Source of the DNA: Thermoanaerobaculia bacterium
GTDB taxonomy: Bacteria > Acidobacteriota > Thermoanaerobaculia > Multivoradales > Multivoraceae
Assembly: GCA_963666565.1 (NCBI GenBank)
Contig: OY762911.1
Span: 3,744,001 to 3,808,000 of the forward strand
Direction: 5' to 3'
DNA: 64,000 nt
A program made the translations under genes and the position numbers. Positions within the stretch are counted from its first letter, which is position 1; each line of letters begins with the position of its first letter. The notes below the pieces were generated by a model. The model was not told the DNA's origin. It searched no databases and was given only the letters and a program-made list of their open reading frames with translations. Positions 1 to 9,432 of the stretch are shown here, one piece after another.

Positions 1-1
1 G

Positions 2-862
2 AACAGCGGCCCGTACAGCGACTACAAGTGCTTCGACCCGGTGGCCCAGGCCGCGGGCGGCGCGATGTCGATCACCGGCGACCCGGACGGGCCGCCGCTG
101 CGGCCGGGCACGACGATCGGCGACTGCGGTACCGGCGTGCTGATGGCCCTGGCGCTCTGCGCCGCCCACGCGAACCAGCTCCGCACCGGCAAGGGCCAAC
201 TGGTCGAGATCTCGATGCAGGAGGGCGTGACCTGGTTCATGCGCACGGCGGTCGCGATGGGCGGCGAGTTCGGCAGCAAGGCGGCCCCGCGCAGCGGCAC
301 CGGGCGCGGGGCAATGATGAACCTGTACCCGTGCAAGCCGTTCGGCCCCAACGACTACGTCTACATGCTGGTGGTCACGAACCGCATGTGGGAGGCGCTG
401 TGCGGCGCCATCGGCCGCGAGGACCTCGCCGCCGATCCGCGCTTCGAAACGCCCAAGGGGCGCTTCGACAACAGCGAGGAACTGGCCGAGGTCATCGCCG
501 AGTGGACCGGCCGCCACACGAAGCGGGAGGCGATGTCCATCCTCGGCGACGCCGGCGTGCCGGCGAGCGCCGTGCTCGACACCCTCGACCTGTTCGCCGA
601 TCCACACCTCAACGACCGCGGGTTCGTGCGGACCGTTCACCACGAATCCAAGGGGCCCGTCCGCGTGCTCGGCTCGCCGATGAACCTCAGCGGCAACGAC
701 GTCGAGATCGAAGCCGCGCCGCTGCTCGGCCGCCACACGGACAGCGTGCTGGCCAACGAACTGAACCTTTCCCAACCCGAAATCGACCGGCTGCGCGCGG
801 ACGGCGTGCTGGGCGCCGTGCCCACTCCCGCCGCCGGCGGCGAGGAGACCACGACGACATGA
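2..862 (+). CDS. Class III CoA-transferase (CaiB/BaiF family, formyl-CoA transferase-like), 5'-truncated by the window
   Basis: Frame is open from base 2 (GPYSDYKCFDPVAQAAGGAMSITG). It has the family motifs IGDCGTG and GKGQLVEISMQE and the C-terminal APLLGRHT. The stop overlaps the next ATG (ATGA). Confidence 0.9.
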   Translation, partial: NSGPYSDYKCFDPVAQAAGGAMSITGDPDGPPLRPGTTIGDCGTGVLMALALCAAHANQLRTGKGQLVEISMQEGVTWFMRTAVAMGGEFGSKAAPRSGTGRGAMMNLYPCKPFGPNDYVYMLVVTNRMWEALCGAIGREDLAADPRFETPKGRFDNSEELAEVIAEWTGRHTKREAMSILGDAGVPASAVLDTLDLFADPHLNDRGFVRTVHHESKGPVRVLGSPMNLSGNDVEIEAAPLLGRHTDSVLANELNLSQPEIDRLRADGVLGAVPTPAAGGEETTTT

Positions 863-2514
863 CGACCACCACCGGCGCCGACCTGATCGCCCGCAGCCTG
901 AAGCAGCAGGGCGTCGACTACATGTTCGGCATCGTCGGCTTCCCCGTCTACGGGGTCGCCCACGCCGCCCAGCAGGCGGGAATCCAGTACTACGGCTTCC
1001 GCAACGAGCAGGCGGCCAGCTACGCCGCCGGCGCGGTCGGCTACCTGACGGGGCGGCCGGGGGCCTGCCTCGCCGTCTCCGGCCCGGGGATGGTCCACGG
1101 CATCGCCGGTCTCGCCAACGCGGAGAAGAACTGCTGGCCGATGGTGCTGCTCGGCGGCGCGAACGACCGCTACCAGAACGGCCAGGGCGCCTTCCAGGAG
1201 TGCCCGCAGGTCGAAGCGGCGCGGCCGTTCTCGAAGTACTCGGCGGAGATCGACGCCGCGCACCGGGCGCCGTTCTACGTGGAGCAGGCGGTCCGCACAT
1301 CGATCTACGGCCGGCCCGGCGCCGCCTACCTGAACCTGACGAACGACGTGCTGACCGCCCAGGTCGACGAGGAGGACGTCGAGTCCCCGCCGCGCTGCCC
1401 GGAACCGCCGAAGTCTCTCGCCGATCCGAGGGACGTCGAGCGTGCCGTGGCGGTCCTGCGCGAAGCGAAGAACCCGCTGGTCATCGTCGGCAAGGGCGCG
1501 GCCTACGCCCGCGCGGAACAGGAGGTGCGCAACTTCGTTCAGCGCACCAACCTCCCCGTGCTGCCGACGCCGATGGGCAAGGGCGTCGTCTCAGACGACG
1601 ATCCCCACCTGGTCGCTCCGGCGCGCTCCTTCGCGCTGCAGAACGCCGACGTCGTCCTGCTGATCGGCGCCCGGCTCAACTGGATCCTCCACTTCGGACT
1701 GCCGCCGCGCTTCAGGAAGGGCGTTCGGGTGCTTCAGATCGACCTGAACGCGGAGGAGATCGGCACGAACGTGCCGACCGAGGTCGGCATGGTCGGCGAC
1801 GCGCGGGCGGTGACGGCGCAACTGAACGAGGCGCTCGACGCCGAGCCCTTCGCGCTCGCGGCCGACAACGAGTGGCTGACCGAGCTGCGCGAGAGCGCGA
1901 CCCAGAACCAGGCGGCGGTCCAGGCGATGCTCGAGGACGACACCGAGCCGATGGGCTACTACCGCGCCCTGCGCGAGATCGCCGACCGCCTGGAGCCTCA
2001 GGACATGCTGATCGCCGAAGGCGCGAACACCATGGACATCTCGCGCACCGTGCTGCCGAACATGGAACCGCGCAAGCGGCTCGACGCCGGCACCTTCGGC
2101 ACGATGGGCGTCGGCACGGGCCTCGCCATCGCGGCCGCCGTCGTCCATCCGGACCGGCGCACCATCTGCGTCCAGGGCGACTCGGCGTTCGGGTTCTCGG
2201 GCATGGAGGTCGAGGTCGCTTGCCGCTACGACATGCCGATCACGTTCGTCGTGATCAACAACAACGGCATCGGCGGCGGCGTCAGCGAGTACATTCCAGG
2301 CAAGCCGCTGCCGCCGTCCACCTACACGCTGGGCGCCAGGTACGAGCGCGTCATCGAGGCGTTCGGCGGCACGGGCTACCTGGTCGAGAAAGTGGCCGAC
2401 CTCGGGCCCACGCTCGACAAGGCGCTCGCCTCCGACCGGCCGACGCTGGTCAACGTGCTGATCGACCCGAAGGCGCAGCGCAAGCCGCAGAAGTTCGCCT
2501 GGCTCACCCGCTGA
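859..2514 (+). CDS. ThDP-dependent oxalyl-CoA decarboxylase / 2-hydroxyacyl-CoA lyase family enzyme
   Basis: ATG at 859 overlaps the upstream stop. Motifs FGIVGFPV, RNEQAASYAAGA, RLNWILHFG and LDAGTFGTMGVG, ThDP motif GDSAFGFSGME...NN, and C-terminal RKPQKFAWLTR. Confidence 0.9.
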   Translation: MTTTTGADLIARSLKQQGVDYMFGIVGFPVYGVAHAAQQAGIQYYGFRNEQAASYAAGAVGYLTGRPGACLAVSGPGMVHGIAGLANAEKNCWPMVLLGGANDRYQNGQGAFQECPQVEAARPFSKYSAEIDAAHRAPFYVEQAVRTSIYGRPGAAYLNLTNDVLTAQVDEEDVESPPRCPEPPKSLADPRDVERAVAVLREAKNPLVIVGKGAAYARAEQEVRNFVQRTNLPVLPTPMGKGVVSDDDPHLVAPARSFALQNADVVLLIGARLNWILHFGLPPRFRKGVRVLQIDLNAEEIGTNVPTEVGMVGDARAVTAQLNEALDAEPFALAADNEWLTELRESATQNQAAVQAMLEDDTEPMGYYRALREIADRLEPQDMLIAEGANTMDISRTVLPNMEPRKRLDAGTFGTMGVGTGLAIAAAVVHPDRRTICVQGDSAFGFSGMEVEVACRYDMPITFVVINNNGIGGGVSEYIPGKPLPPSTYTLGARYERVIEAFGGTGYLVEKVADLGPTLDKALASDRPTLVNVLIDPKAQRKPQKFAWLTR

Positions 2515-2564
2515 CGCGGCTGGCGTGCAGGTTCGGCGACACGGAGCTCCTTCCACACCAGCGT

Positions 2565-2588
2565 CGGGCAGGATGCCCGCGTTCCCAG
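2565..2588. repeat. Degenerate REP-like hairpin (CGGGC-AGGAT-GCCCG-CGTTCCCAG)
   Basis: Same hairpin-plus-tail layout as the other REP-like copies; intergenic. Confidence 0.45.
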
Positions 2589-2631
2589 GTCAGGCAAGAG
2601 CCAGCCAGCCAAGAGAGGAGACCCTGAAGCG

Positions 2632-3486
2632 ATGGGCATCAAGATCGGCGACGTCTCGATCACCCCGATCATCGAGATCGACTACCCGGTGCCAGCGTCC
2701 TTTCTGCTGCCGGACGCGACGCCGGAGAACCTGGCGCCCGACCTCGACTGGCTCGAGCCGCACTTCGTCACGCCCAACGGCGAGCGGCTCAAGATGATCG
2801 TCCAGGCCTTCCTGGTCGAGTCGAAGGGACTCAAGATCGTCGTCGACACCTGCGTCGGCAACGACAAGAAGCGCGCCCTGCCGGCCTGGAACGAGCTCGA
2901 CGGACCGTTCCTCCAGGAGATCCGGGATGCCGGCTTCCCTCGCGAGCAGGTCGACCTGGTCGTCTGCACCCACCTCCACATCGACCACGTGGGCTGGAAC
3001 ACGATGAAGGTCGACGGCGAGTGGGTCCCCACCTTCCCCAACGCCCGCTACGTCATGGCGCGGCCCGAGTTCGAGTACTGGCGGGACGAGGGAGAGGCCA
3101 ACTGGGGCGACGTCTTCGGCGACTCGGTGGCGCCGGTGTTCGAGGCGGGCCTGGTCGACCTCGTCGACTGCGACCACCGGATCAACCCGGAGCTCCAGTT
3201 CTTCCCCACGCCCGGCCACACCCCGGGCCACTGCAGCATCGCCGTCTCCTCCGGCTGCGAGGAGGGCGTGATCTCCGGGGACGTGATGCACCACCCCTGC
3301 CAGTGCGCGCACCCGGAATGGTGTTCGATCGCGGACATCGACCGCGAGGCCGCGATCGCCGCCCGCCGCGGCTTCTGCGAGCGCTTCAGCGACACCGGCA
3401 TCACCGTCGTCGGCACCCACTGGGCAGCGCCGACGGCCGTGCTGCTCACGGCTCACGGCGATGTCTGGAGAACGCAAGTCGCGTAA
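2632..3486 (+). CDS. MBL-fold metallo-hydrolase
   Basis: THLHIDHVG (HxHxDH), TPGHTPGH, SGDVMH and C-terminal GTH; GAGGAG upstream. Confidence 0.9.
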   Translation: MGIKIGDVSITPIIEIDYPVPASFLLPDATPENLAPDLDWLEPHFVTPNGERLKMIVQAFLVESKGLKIVVDTCVGNDKKRALPAWNELDGPFLQEIRDAGFPREQVDLVVCTHLHIDHVGWNTMKVDGEWVPTFPNARYVMARPEFEYWRDEGEANWGDVFGDSVAPVFEAGLVDLVDCDHRINPELQFFPTPGHTPGHCSIAVSSGCEEGVISGDVMHHPCQCAHPEWCSIADIDREAAIAARRGFCERFSDTGITVVGTHWAAPTAVLLTAHGDVWRTQVA

Positions 3487-3619
3487 GGTCCCGTCGAAAC
3501 CCGCCCGGCAGGTCGGCGGCGCCGCACGCCTGAGTGTGACGTTTGCGTTTCCGCTCGCGCGGTCGAATGCGCTATCGTAGTCACTCCTGTACTCCAGCGT
3601 TCAGCGAGGACGATCCCCA

Positions 3620-5467
3620 ATGAAGGATGACCCGCCCGAGATCGACGCCCCGCGCGAGACCGTCTCGCGACTGAGCCGGGCCCACCTGCAGACGCTGGTC
3701 GACACCTCGCCGGTGGGCATCGTCGTGCTCGACGCCCGGACCGGCCACCCTACGTCCGTCAACCAGGAGGCGACGCGCATCGTCGCCAGCCTCTACGAGG
3801 AAGGCGACACGATCGAGGAGGTGCTGGACAGGGTGACGTGCCGGCGCGGCGACGGCCAGGAAGTCACCACCAGGGAACTCGGGGGCTTCGAGACGATACG
3901 CGCCGAGGAGGTCGAGCTCTTCGACCCGAGCGGCCGGTCGGTACGGACGATGATCGACGTGACGCCGATTCCCGCCGACGACGACGGGGCAGGATCGGTC
4001 GTCGTCACCATGCAGGACCTGGCGCCGCTCGAGGAGCTGGAGCGATCCCGCGCGGACTTCCTCGGCATGGTGAGCCACGAGCTGCGCGCGCCGCTCGCCG
4101 CGATCAAGGGGTCGGCCACCACCATGCTCGACGCCACGCAGAAGTTCGGCCCGGCCGAGACGCTCCAGTTCTTCCGCATCATCGACGGACACGCGGACCG
4201 CATGAGCGGTCTGATCGCCGATCTGCTCGACGCGAGCCGCATCGACGCCGGCACCCTCTCCGTCGACGCCAAGGCGGTGGACGTCGCGAGCCTCCTGGAC
4301 CGGGCGAGGAACACGTTCAAGAGCGCCGGCGGAATGCACGAAGTCCTGATCGACCTGCCGTACGAGCTGCCCCAGGTCAATGCCGACGACTGGCGCGTCG
4401 TTCAGGTGCTGAACAACCTGCTGAACAACGCCTCCCGGCACTCGCCCGTCACGGCGCCGATCCGGATGGCGGCGGCCGTCGACGGCGTACACGTCGCCCT
4501 TTCGGTCTCGGACGAAGGAGACGGCATGCCGCCCGAACGGCTGCGGAGCCTCTTCAGGAAGCAGTCCGGAGCGTCCTCCGGCAGCCTCGAGGGCGTCGCC
4601 GGGGCCGGCCTGGGGCTTTCGATCTGCAAGGGGCTGGTGGAATCGCACGGCGGCCGGATCTGGGCCGAGAGCGGCGGCGAGACAAGGGGTACCCGAGTCA
4701 CCTTCACCCTGCCGGCCGTCGAAGACACGAGCGACGCCCCGGTGATCCGAAGCGGCGAAAGCCGACCCCAGGGGGTGCGCCGCACGAACATCCTCGTCGT
4801 GGACGACGACCCGCAGACGCTGCGCTATGCCCGCGACGCGCTGGCGGCGGCCGGCTACAACCCGATCGTCACGGCCGACCCGCAGGATGCGCCCCGCCTG
4901 GTCAAGACGAAAAAGCCCGCCCTGGTCCTCCTGGACCTGATCCTCCCCGGAACCGACGGCATCGAGCTGATGCAGAGCATTCCCCAGCTCGACGAACTGC
5001 CGACGATCTTCATCTCGGCCTACGGCAGGGACGAGACGATCGCCAAGGCGCTCCAGGCGGGCGCCGACGACTACATCGTCAAGCCGTTCTCCCAGACCGA
5101 ACTGACGGCGCGGGTGCAGGCGGTCCTGCGCCGCCGTGCGTGGCCCGAGCGCAAGCCCTTCCAGCTCGACGACCTCCTGATCGACTACGCGAGACGCAGG
5201 GTCGCCCTGGCCGGCAAGCCGTTGAAGCTGACAGGCACCGAGTACGAGCTGCTGCGCGTGCTTTCGGTGAACGCGGGCCGGGCGATGACCTTCGACGCCC
5301 TGCTGCGCACCGCCTGGGGAGGCAGGTCCACCGAAGGACCGGCGCCGGTGCGCACCATCGTGACGAAGCTCCGCAAGAAGCTCGGCGATCTCGCCTCCGC
5401 GCCGACGTACATCCTGAGCGAGCGCGGTCTCGGCTACCGGATGCGGGCGCCGGACGAAGAGGTCTGA
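3620..5467 (+). CDS. Soluble hybrid sensor: PAS-like, HisKA, HATPase, receiver and OmpR-type winged-helix DNA-binding domains
   Basis: H-box SHELRAPL, N-box NLLNNA, G-box GAGLGLSIC, receiver ILVVDDD/LLDLILP/YIVKPF, and C-terminal LTGTEYELL...LRKKL...ERGLGYR. No transmembrane segment. Confidence 0.9.
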   Translation: MKDDPPEIDAPRETVSRLSRAHLQTLVDTSPVGIVVLDARTGHPTSVNQEATRIVASLYEEGDTIEEVLDRVTCRRGDGQEVTTRELGGFETIRAEEVELFDPSGRSVRTMIDVTPIPADDDGAGSVVVTMQDLAPLEELERSRADFLGMVSHELRAPLAAIKGSATTMLDATQKFGPAETLQFFRIIDGHADRMSGLIADLLDASRIDAGTLSVDAKAVDVASLLDRARNTFKSAGGMHEVLIDLPYELPQVNADDWRVVQVLNNLLNNASRHSPVTAPIRMAAAVDGVHVALSVSDEGDGMPPERLRSLFRKQSGASSGSLEGVAGAGLGLSICKGLVESHGGRIWAESGGETRGTRVTFTLPAVEDTSDAPVIRSGESRPQGVRRTNILVVDDDPQTLRYARDALAAAGYNPIVTADPQDAPRLVKTKKPALVLLDLILPGTDGIELMQSIPQLDELPTIFISAYGRDETIAKALQAGADDYIVKPFSQTELTARVQAVLRRRAWPERKPFQLDDLLIDYARRRVALAGKPLKLTGTEYELLRVLSVNAGRAMTFDALLRTAWGGRSTEGPAPVRTIVTKLRKKLGDLASAPTYILSERGLGYRMRAPDEEV

Positions 5468-5537
5468 GGAGCGCAGTCCGAGGAGCGACGTCGGCCGCCG
5501 GCACGGACCGGCCGCCGGGTTGCTACACTCCGCCGCC

Positions 5538-6026
5538 GTGACGAGGGTCGCCAGAAACCTCTCCGCCGCCTTTGCCGCGACGCTGCCTCTGGCGGCGGCC
5601 TTGGCGTGCGGCGGCGCCGGGGACGCCGGCCCGCCCTTCCGGGAAGTCGCGGGCGTGAGGCTGCTCATGGCCTCCGTGATGGAGCCGGCGGCCGACCACA
5701 TCTGGGCCGCGGTCGGCTGGATCATCAGCCCCGAGGGCGAAGAGCACATCCAGCCCGAGACGGACGAGGAGTGGACGCTCGTCCGCAACGCGGCCGTCGC
5801 GGTCGCCGAGTCCGGCAACCTGCTGATGATGAACCGGCGGAGGATGGACGACGAGGACTGGGTCGCGTGGAGCCGGCAGTTGATCGACGCCGGCGACGCC
5901 GCGATGCAGGCGGCCGACGCGCGCGACGTCCAGGGCGTGTTCGACACCGGCGAGCAGATCTACTTCGCCTGCGCCGGCTGCCACGCGCAGTACTGGGCCA
6001 ACGACCCGAACCAGTTCCGCCAGTAA
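5538..6026 (+). CDS. Putative lipoprotein cytochrome c with a C-terminal heme motif (class II/c'-like)
   Basis: Lipobox-like AALAC and a single CAGCH near the C-terminus. GTG start chosen 8 nt after a TG-C-TACACT -10-like box. Confidence 0.65.
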   Translation: MTRVARNLSAAFAATLPLAAALACGGAGDAGPPFREVAGVRLLMASVMEPAADHIWAAVGWIISPEGEEHIQPETDEEWTLVRNAAVAVAESGNLLMMNRRRMDDEDWVAWSRQLIDAGDAAMQAADARDVQGVFDTGEQIYFACAGCHAQYWANDPNQFRQ

Positions 6027-6038
6027 GGCCCGACCGCG

Positions 6039-7595
6039 TTGCGGCGCGCGCTCGTCCTCCTCCACCGCTGGCTGGGCATTGCCGGCAACCTGCTGTTCGT
6101 GGTGTGGTTCGCCTCGGCCCTGGTCATGATGTACGTCCGGATGCCGTCGCTCGGCCCGGGCGACCGCCTGGACCGCCTGCCGGTCCTCGATCACGACGCC
6201 GTGCGGGTCGGCCCGGCGGAGGCCGCGGCCGCGGCGGGCCCGGGCGCCCGGGATCTCCCGGCGCTCCAGCTCCGGCTCGGCATGGCGGGCGACAGGCCCG
6301 TCTACCGGCTTCGCACCGCGGCCGGTTGGACCGCCATGTACGCGGACTCGGGCAGTCCGCTGCTGCAGGTGTCCGAACGGCAGGCGCTCGAGATCGCCGC
6401 CGCCTTTCGCGCCGGCGGAAACCGCGGCCCGGCGCGGGCCTCCGCCGGCGCCGAGATCGCATACGACGCGTACCTCGCCCGTCCCGACCAGTGGTCCCTG
6501 CAGATCCGCGGCCTGCTGCCGCTCCACCGCGTCAGGGCCGGCGCGGATGCGTTCTACGTGTCGGACCGCACCGCCGAGGTCGTCATGGCGACCACGCCCG
6601 CGTCCCGCTTCTGGGGCACGGCGGGCGCCGTCTTCCACTGGCTCTACTTCACGCCGCTCCGGTCCCACTCGGCGTTCTGGTACCAGTTGATCGTCTGGAC
6701 GGCGGGCCTGGGCTGCGTACTGACCCTGTCCGGTCTGGCCGCGGGCATCGTGCGGCTCCGGCGAAGACGCTCGCCGTACAGGGGCATCATGCGCTGGCAC
6801 CACTACAGCGGGCTGGCGTTCGGCGCCGCCGCCTTCACCTGGGTGCTGAGCGGCGCCCTGTCGATGGACCCGTTCGGCTGGCAGGAAGGCAGGACGGCGA
6901 GCGCCGCCCGGCAGGCCGCCGTGGCGGGCGGAGCGCTGCGGCTCGACCGACTGGAGGCGGCCTCGCTCCGGGCCGCGGCTCGGTCGATCTCGGAGTCGTT
7001 CCCTCCCCGCGAAATCGAACTGGTCCAGTTCGACGGCGAACCTCTCGCCCTGGCGTACCGGCCTCCCGGAGGCGAGCGTTCCCGCGGCGGCGCCTACGGG
7101 CGCGGCCCCCTCGCCTTCCTGTCGCCCGTTCAGCCGTTCGAGCGGCGGCTCGCCGCGCTCGACGACGGGGCGCCCCGGCGGTTCGACCGCTCCGAGCTGC
7201 TGGCGGCGGCGGCCGCGGCGATCCCGGAGGCGAGCATCGTCGACGTGGCGGATCTGCGGGAGTACGACGCCTACTACGACGACCGCAGATACCGCCTCCT
7301 GCCCCTGCCGGTTCTGCGGATCCGCTTCGACGACCCGGCCCGCACCTGGCTTTATCTCGACCCGGCGCTGGGACGCATCGTCCACGGCGAGAGTCGGCAA
7401 AGCCGGCTCGACCGCTGGCTGTACAGGGGCCTGCACCGGCTCGACTTTCCTGGCTTCTACCACCGGCGCCCCCTGTGGGACGCCGTGGTGATCGTCCTGC
7501 TGCTGGGCGGGTTGTTCTCCTCGGCTTCGTCGCTCGCGCCAGCGGCAAGACGCCTCAGGCGGCACGCGGCGCGCCTGAGGCGTCGGGAGGGCTGA
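6039..7595 (+). CDS. PepSY-associated TM helix domain membrane protein
   Basis: Repeated His-bearing TM motifs LHRWLG, FHWLYF, WHHYSGL and LHRLDF, typical of PepSY-TM proteins. Confidence 0.8.
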   Translation: MRRALVLLHRWLGIAGNLLFVVWFASALVMMYVRMPSLGPGDRLDRLPVLDHDAVRVGPAEAAAAAGPGARDLPALQLRLGMAGDRPVYRLRTAAGWTAMYADSGSPLLQVSERQALEIAAAFRAGGNRGPARASAGAEIAYDAYLARPDQWSLQIRGLLPLHRVRAGADAFYVSDRTAEVVMATTPASRFWGTAGAVFHWLYFTPLRSHSAFWYQLIVWTAGLGCVLTLSGLAAGIVRLRRRRSPYRGIMRWHHYSGLAFGAAAFTWVLSGALSMDPFGWQEGRTASAARQAAVAGGALRLDRLEAASLRAAARSISESFPPREIELVQFDGEPLALAYRPPGGERSRGGAYGRGPLAFLSPVQPFERRLAALDDGAPRRFDRSELLAAAAAAIPEASIVDVADLREYDAYYDDRRYRLLPLPVLRIRFDDPARTWLYLDPALGRIVHGESRQSRLDRWLYRGLHRLDFPGFYHRRPLWDAVVIVLLLGGLFSSASSLAPAARRLRRHAARLRRREG

Positions 7596-7663
7596 CGGCA
7601 GGCAGGCGACCCCCGGGAACGGGCGTCACCCGCGTTCCCGGAAGCCGGCGCTACCCGCCGGAT

Positions 7664-7717
7664 GCGGGTCGGAAGACCCGCGCACCCAGTGCGGGTCGGG
7701 AAGACCCGCGCACCCGG
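7664..7717. repeat. Two tandem REP-like palindromes (GCGGGTC-GGAA-GACCCGC-GCACCC)
   Basis: Copies at 7664-7687 and 7691-7717, between convergent genes. Confidence 0.85.
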
Positions 7718-7722
7718 TGCGG

Positions 7723-8163
7723 TTACCGGGGCGGCTCGGTCGGGTCGCGGCCGTCGCGCGGAGCGCCGGTGCCCGAGGAGCCCATGAAGATCTTGCTGCC
7801 GTCCTCGAAGGTCACGTCGCGGCCGTTCGCGCGTCGCGAGCGGTCCTTGCTCTGGTAGCCGTCGACGATGATGACGGTCCCGACCTGGAGGTCGTCCCGG
7901 GAGAGGCCGCGGCGCAGCAGGGTGTTGGGCGTGCCGCCCTCGACCATCCAGACGTGCTTCGTGCCGTCTTCCTCGGTGTGCTCCACGTGAATCCAGGTGT
8001 GCGGATTGACCCACTCGACCTTGACGACCGGGCCCTTCAGCAGCAGCGGACGGTTGGGATCGAACTCGGCGCCGAACGCGTGGTGCGCCGCCAGGGGCAC
8101 CGCCACCGCGATCGCCGCGACGGCGAAGCTGATCCCCGTGATGATCATGGCTCGCTTGTTCAT
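7723..8163 (-). CDS. DUF6152-like exported protein
   Basis: Signal peptide ending PLAA, then HHAFGAEFD; motifs EWVNPH and WMVEGGTPN; AGGAG upstream. Confidence 0.75.
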   Translation of the reverse strand: MNKRAMIITGISFAVAAIAVAVPLAAHHAFGAEFDPNRPLLLKGPVVKVEWVNPHTWIHVEHTEEDGTKHVWMVEGGTPNTLLRRGLSRDDLQVGTVIIVDGYQSKDRSRRANGRDVTFEDGSKIFMGSSGTGAPRDGRDPTEPPR

Positions 8164-8286
8164 GGGTGTCTCTCGCTCCTCGGTTGTGATGTGGGTGGGT
8201 GATCCGTGAGTTCGTTCGGTCGAAGCGCGCGGGGCACGCGGCAGATCGGCCCGCAGACGCGACTCTAGCAGGATCGGAGCGGGTCG

Positions 8287-9369
8287 CTACTCCCCGGAAT
8301 CCGACGCGCCCGCCGCCGCCAGGGCATCCGCCTCCAGCAACCGGGCGCCGCGCATGATGTTGCCGAGGGCGTAGTTCCCCTCGTGGCAGGCGTACTCGTA
8401 GAGCAATGCGTCCGTGCGCGGCCAGACGTACTCGCCGCCCCACGACTCCGTCCATGTGTTCGGGTCCTCGACGGTGAACCGATACAGGAGGCCGTCCCTG
8501 TCGTTCACCGAGAACCGCTCCACTGTGCGCATGTCCCGCGTACCGCCGCGAAGACCCGTGCGGTCGCCGAAGTTCGTCGTTTCGACGACGAGCGTGTCGC
8601 CTTCCCACCAGCCGATCGAGTCGCCGAGCCAGCGGCGCTCTTCCGCCGGCATGTGCTCGCCGCCGATCCGGACGACCCGCGCGTCGTGGACCATCTCGAC
8701 CAGGATCATCACGTGGTCCTCCGTCTGCACGATGCGCTTCACGTTGTTGTACAGCGCCGGCAGCATGGGCGGCCCGGCGGTCGAACTGAAGCCCAGCAGG
8801 CAACGCTCCGCCAGCGGTCGCAGTTCCGGATCGTCGTACGGTCCGACCCCGCCGCGTTCGAGCCACCAGGCCTCGCCCGTGTTGGCTCGCCAGAAACCCC
8901 GCCGCGCCGCACTGCGCTCCCTGGCCGCCTCGGTCAGCGCCGGGTGCCGGCCGTTCTTCGGATGGGTGATGATCGAGGTACGGAACTTGCCGTCGATCTC
9001 GAAGACGTCGGTGCCGTTGTCGATCCAGAAGGAGTTGTAGCCGCCGACGTTCCCCGCGGCGCCCGGCGAGCCGTCGCCGCCGTCCGGCGGCGCCTCGCGG
9101 TCCGGGTCGCTGTCCCGCGAGCCCGCGGCCCGCAAGAGCGCAGCCTGGCGCACCCTCTTCTCCGCTTCTTCCCTGGTCAGGAAGAGGTTGTCGCCGAATG
9201 CCGCGGGCCGCGCCAACGGCGTCAACGTGGCGACATCGTAGTGGCCGGTGAAATCCGGCCGCCCCGAGGCGGTGCGCGGGATGTCCTCGTCGCCAGCCGC
9301 CAGCGCGGGCACGACGAATCCGGCCAACGACAGCAGGGTTACAGCAACCTTGAGTGCGCGTTCTCGCAT
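8287..9369 (-). CDS. Exported hypothetical protein, ACHEGNY family paralog 1
   Basis: Signal peptide; PRTASGRPDFTG, YNSFW, ERC, GDSIGWWEGDTLVVET and YEYACHEGNY motifs are shared with three other genes in this window. Confidence 0.85.
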   Translation of the reverse strand: MRERALKVAVTLLSLAGFVVPALAAGDEDIPRTASGRPDFTGHYDVATLTPLARPAAFGDNLFLTREEAEKRVRQAALLRAAGSRDSDPDREAPPDGGDGSPGAAGNVGGYNSFWIDNGTDVFEIDGKFRTSIITHPKNGRHPALTEAARERSAARRGFWRANTGEAWWLERGGVGPYDDPELRPLAERCLLGFSSTAGPPMLPALYNNVKRIVQTEDHVMILVEMVHDARVVRIGGEHMPAEERRWLGDSIGWWEGDTLVVETTNFGDRTGLRGGTRDMRTVERFSVNDRDGLLYRFTVEDPNTWTESWGGEYVWPRTDALLYEYACHEGNYALGNIMRGARLLEADALAAAGASDSGE

Positions 9370-9432
9370 GCCTGACCTCGCTAGGGATCCCGGGCAAACC
9401 GCGCCCGCGACGCGGCGCCCGGCGGTGCTCTT

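Noticed and set aside
28-858. N-terminal extension of the ThDP enzyme (ORF 28..2514)
   Set aside because: It overlaps the CoA-transferase in another frame; family similarity starts at ATG 859.
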